Shown: positions 36,384-38,509 of the stretch, one piece after another
How positions within the stretch are numbered: the first letter of the stretch is position 1
How the letters are laid out: each line of letters starts with the position of its first letter
Assembly (NCBI GenBank): GCA_016181585.1
Contig: JACOYX010000018.1
Coordinates: 1-38,509, forward strand
Direction of reading: 5' to 3'
Source of the DNA: Candidatus Sungiibacteriota bacterium
GTDB lineage: Bacteria; Patescibacteriota; Minisyncoccia; Sungbacterales; HO2-52-23
DNA length: 38,509 bases
Made by a program: the position numbers and the translations under genes
The notes under the pieces: generated by a model
The model's database searches: none
What the model was told of the DNA's origin: nothing
The model's input: only the letters and a program-made list of their open reading frames with translations

Positions 36384-37754
36384 ATGGACAAAACACGTAT
36401 TTTTTTTATTGTTTTCGTTGTGCTTGCATTGGTAGGGGTATTTTCGCAAACACAAGCCGTGCATAATGTTTTTTCGTTGTCGCGCTTTGACTTTGCCGCA
36501 ACAGCAATCACTGCAACATCTAAGCCTCTATGCGATCCTCCTAATTGCAATACTCCGGAACCTCTTAATGTTGGCGCCGTTACCCAACAAAAATTGTATA
36601 ATGCTTCCACAGGGCAGGGCGATATTGCGATGAGCGGAAACTTAACTGTTCGTAGAAATATATTATTTTCCACTGTGTTGGGGACGCGTTTGATGCTCGG
36701 TGCGACTAGTCCGGAGGAAGTTTTTCATCCCGGTGTCAAATTGGATATTACTTCAGCTCCCGGGCGCGCTCCGAACTCACAAGTCGGCATGTATATACGG
36801 AACACAGGTACTGTGGGTGATACCGGTCTCGCCATTCAAAAGGGCGGTACTTGGGATGCGGCTATGTTTGTTGCAGATGACCGTACGTTGGTGATTAAAA
36901 GCCGAATTGGAACCAAGGCAACGGGGAAGCCCCCTACGCCTATCAGCTTTAATACCGACGATATTGGGCGTCTTTATATTACCGGTGATGGTAAGGTAGG
37001 TATTGGTACCTTAAGTCCTGAGGCTAGGCTGGAAGTGAATGGCAATTTCTCTGTGATAAACGGCAATGTAGGCATCGGCACCAATGCTCCCGCCTACTTT
37101 TTTGATGTTACAAGACCAGGTTTTGCGCACTTTGCCGGAAATAACTCTGGCGTTATTCCCGCAAGCAGTGCTAGCGGCGGCTTATTGATTGGCTGGAATA
37201 AATCTGGTGGTGCGGCGGAAGTTAATTTTTTCAACGCATACAACAACGCCTCAACTGCGTTTATGTTCAGTCAAAAAACGGGTGCCAGTACTCTGACCGA
37301 TCTTATGGTTATCAGGGGGAATGGCAACGTGGGTATTGGGGTTACAAACCCGACGGCAAAACTGGAGGTAAATGGAAGTTTTAAAGCAACAACAAAAAGT
37401 TTTCTTATTGCTCATCCGGCAAAACAAGGCATGCTTTTGGAACATGGCAGTTTAGAAGGACCGGAGCATGGGGTTTTTTACCGCGGCGAGGGGAAATTGC
37501 AGAATGGCAAAGTAATAATAGAGCTTCCCGATTATTTTGAATCACTCACTAGAAAAGAAGGGAGAACTGTTTTGATAACTCCGAAAATGGAAATGGATGA
37601 CGAAACAGTGAGCGCGCTTGCCGCATCTTCCGTGAGGGATGGGGTGTTTATCGTGCGGTCAATTGGCGGCAACAACCAAAACCAAGCATTCTATTGGGAG
37701 GTAAAAGCGATACGGGCTGATGTACCTCTCATGCGGGTGGAACAGGCGCAGTAG
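36384..37754 (+). CDS. Secreted fibre-like protein with G(N/K)VGIG repeats and a chaperone-like C-terminal domain
   Basis: Signal/TM segment; three GxVGIGt..P repeats; KSFLIAHP...LEHGSLEGPE.GV.YRG...LPDYF C-terminal domain. Confidence 0.8.
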   Translation: MDKTRIFFIVFVVLALVGVFSQTQAVHNVFSLSRFDFAATAITATSKPLCDPPNCNTPEPLNVGAVTQQKLYNASTGQGDIAMSGNLTVRRNILFSTVLGTRLMLGATSPEEVFHPGVKLDITSAPGRAPNSQVGMYIRNTGTVGDTGLAIQKGGTWDAAMFVADDRTLVIKSRIGTKATGKPPTPISFNTDDIGRLYITGDGKVGIGTLSPEARLEVNGNFSVINGNVGIGTNAPAYFFDVTRPGFAHFAGNNSGVIPASSASGGLLIGWNKSGGAAEVNFFNAYNNASTAFMFSQKTGASTLTDLMVIRGNGNVGIGVTNPTAKLEVNGSFKATTKSFLIAHPAKQGMLLEHGSLEGPEHGVFYRGEGKLQNGKVIIELPDYFESLTRKEGRTVLITPKMEMDDETVSALAASSVRDGVFIVRSIGGNNQNQAFYWEVKAIRADVPLMRVEQAQ

Positions 37755-37774
37755 ATTCTCCATATCCTACTTTT

Positions 37775-38509
37775 ATGAAGCGATTTAGCCATAATGCCAT
37801 TATATTTCCTTTTATTGTGTCTGTAGCGGCAGGCATGATGTTGGCTTTGATTGTTTCTTCTCCTTTAAGCTCGTTAGCTTCCACTAACGAGCTTTCCGGA
37901 TGGGCGTGGTCTTTGAATATCGGCTGGATCAGTTTTAATTGTCAGGACACGGGCAATTGTAGGGCATCTCAATATAGTGTGGTGGCAGAGGGAACGGGAT
38001 CGGTAAAAACACTATCGGGATATGCATGGTCTCCAAATATCGGCTGGATTACTTTTAATAGTGCAGAATTGAGCGGCAGGCCTCCGGTAAGTGTGAATAC
38101 GCAAAATGGTGTTGTAGATGGATGGGCGCGTGCATATTCATGCATTAACCCGGGTTGTCAAGGCTCCCCGAATGGATGGGACGGGTGGATTGATTTCAGG
38201 GGTACAAATTTTGCTGTAAAGTTTAACAAAACAACGTGCGCTCTTGAGGGCTGGACGTGGGGCGGAGGAGACGATTCTAATTTTGTAGGATGGACAGCGA
38301 TTTCCGGTGATAATTTTAGAGTTAATTTGCCCGAATATTTATGCGAGTCCGCCATCCCCGCACCCGCCCCAAGCGCCCAATGCCCGACAGGACAATCATT
38401 CGGCAATCCTAAATCATTGGGAGGAGCAACTCTTAATCAAGGAGTGGTAGAAAACTTCGGATCCGGAGACCGCTTGATTATCGCTGTTCAAGGCACCAAC
38501 AACGGAGTG
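37775..38509 (+). CDS. Secreted GWAWS-repeat protein, partial (runs off the window)
   Basis: Manual translation MKRFSHNAIIF...LSGWAWSLNIGWISFN...LSGYAWSPNIGWITFN...; absent from the ORF track, presumably for lack of a stop. Confidence 0.85.
   Translation, partial: MKRFSHNAIIFPFIVSVAAGMMLALIVSSPLSSLASTNELSGWAWSLNIGWISFNCQDTGNCRASQYSVVAEGTGSVKTLSGYAWSPNIGWITFNSAELSGRPPVSVNTQNGVVDGWARAYSCINPGCQGSPNGWDGWIDFRGTNFAVKFNKTTCALEGWTWGGGDDSNFVGWTAISGDNFRVNLPEYLCESAIPAPAPSAQCPTGQSFGNPKSLGGATLNQGVVENFGSGDRLIIAVQGTNNGV

Noticed and set aside
36384-37754. Phage tail fibre indicating a prophage at tRNA-Arg
   Set aside because: It has an N-terminal signal/TM segment and sits among cell-surface genes; no other phage genes and no tRNA 3' duplication

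Overview
This is a bacterial chromosomal segment, most likely Patescibacteria/CPR (Parcubacteria-like). That assignment is an inference from gene content: TrmB, FemX-MurE, GWAWS- and GNVGIG-repeat surface proteins, and many leaderless-looking genes. It carries housekeeping genes (tsaE, polA, mutM, holA, rpsT, uvrB, ruvA, femX-like, murE, tRNA-Arg-CCG), secreted proteins and lipoproteins, hydrolases and an RNase H-like/WYL fusion. It also carries divergent metabolic genes: PyrB with a PyrI-like Zn tail, a fused E1 alpha/beta plus E2 2-oxoacid dehydrogenase, and LipB. The most striking feature is a ~3.5 kb minus-strand unit at about 23640-27200 with a consensus promoter and a terminator. In it, seven small unknown ORFs alternate with six copies of a conserved double-hairpin element, three large structured non-coding domains and boxA-like motifs. 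The element has variable but pairing-preserving stems and a conserved junction YYCCAYC...GRTGGGAG. Two further promoter-driven, ORF-free structured RNA candidates occur at ~27474-27740 and ~34808-35142. Several families of palindromic MITE-like intergenic repeats are also present. All calls were made by eye; no database search or folding program was run.
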